Below are positions 63,484-64,000 of a stretch of 64,000 nt of DNA, piece after piece; within the stretch, counting starts at the first letter, position 1, and every line of letters starts with the position of its first letter. Source of the DNA: Macrostomum lignano. Its lineage: Eukaryota. The stretch covers positions 7,847 through 71,846 of the forward strand of contig NIVC01002076.1 in NCBI GenBank assembly GCA_002269645.1, given 5' to 3'. The position numbers and the translations under genes were made by a program. The notes beneath the pieces were generated by a model, which had not been told where the DNA came from, did not search any database, and was given only the letters and a program-made list of their open reading frames with translations.

Positions 63484-64000
63484 TTAAGAGTAACAGTTCA
63501 CAATGGGAGGCAGTGTCAGATCAGTTCTTTCAGTGTACTCTCTGAAAGCGACAACAGCGTGCGCCTGGCCGATCACCAGCGTCATCAGCAGGCAATCCGC
63601 GTAGCGACCCGCCCGGCCGTAATCCGGCGCCAGGGGCCCTGCATCGTGAGCAGCAGGACGTCCTGCACTGGCTTCAATGGTTGAGAACAGTAGGCCTCCA
63701 CGCGGATGGTGTGGCCCACCAGCTGAAGTCTTCGCCTGCGGAAGGTCTCGCTGGGTGTCGCGCAGCCGAGGGTGCAACGAGGTAGAGCTGCTGCACAACC
63801 GTCGGGCGTCCCAGCAGGTGATTTTGATAGGCAGCTCCGCGGGTACAGTCATCACCTCGTCTTCTCGGGTGTTGATGCCGACCGATGCCGCAGCTGCCAC
63901 CAGGCTGTCTAGCATGCGCTGGGGCTCCCTCAGCCGTAGAGGCGGGCAGCGCCAGGTCGTCGGCGTAACCAGGAGTGACAGCGCTTCTCGATTGGCGGCT
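63484..64000 (-). mobile_element. RTE-like RT remnant, copy 3
   Basis: Same as 2842-3372 with additional 1-bp indels. Confidence 0.75.

Larger units (their letters stand above)
59325..64000 (+). repeat. Segmental block E, copy 3 (truncated by the window end)
   Basis: Same orientation as copy 1 at an offset of about 60.64 kb; starts GGCTATGCGCACTCGTG. Confidence 0.95.

Noticed and set aside
1-64000. Telomeric repeats, tRNA, rRNA, SL RNA or an autonomous transposase/integrase explaining block E
   Set aside because: None recognised; E contains only decayed RT sequence.

Overview
Eukaryotic (animal) genomic DNA with GT-AG introns, GC-rich exons and introns filled with minisatellites. This style resembles Macrostomum-type flatworm genomes, which is an inference only. 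A 44-kb single-copy core (6815-50920) carries four intact genes: a PICALM/AP180 clathrin adaptor (8 exons, +), CDK1 (5 exons, +), MPPE1/PGAP5 (3 or more exons, +) and an intronless class A GPCR (-). A block of about 6.7-8 kb (30-bp minisatellite, RTE-like RT remnant, purine-rich repeat, AT-rich tail) occurs three times in alternating orientation: 1-6814 (+), 50921-57587 (-) and 59325 to the window end (+). A 1.7-kb spacer holding RNase H and Tc1 remnants separates copies 2 and 3. The layout fits a DUP-TRP/INV-DUP (inverted triplication) amplicon or a quadripartite IR-LSC-IR-SSC unit of about 60.6 kb. Other notable signals are a recurrent CpA/TpG->TpA (RIP-like) signature, a 12-kb 25-bp satellite inside one intron, a different private minisatellite in almost every intron, an inverted pair of Penelope-type hammerhead ribozymes, and an MPPE1 ORF with no visible ATG before its N-terminal membrane anchor. 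No CRISPR array, rRNA or tRNA was recognised. All counts were done by eye.
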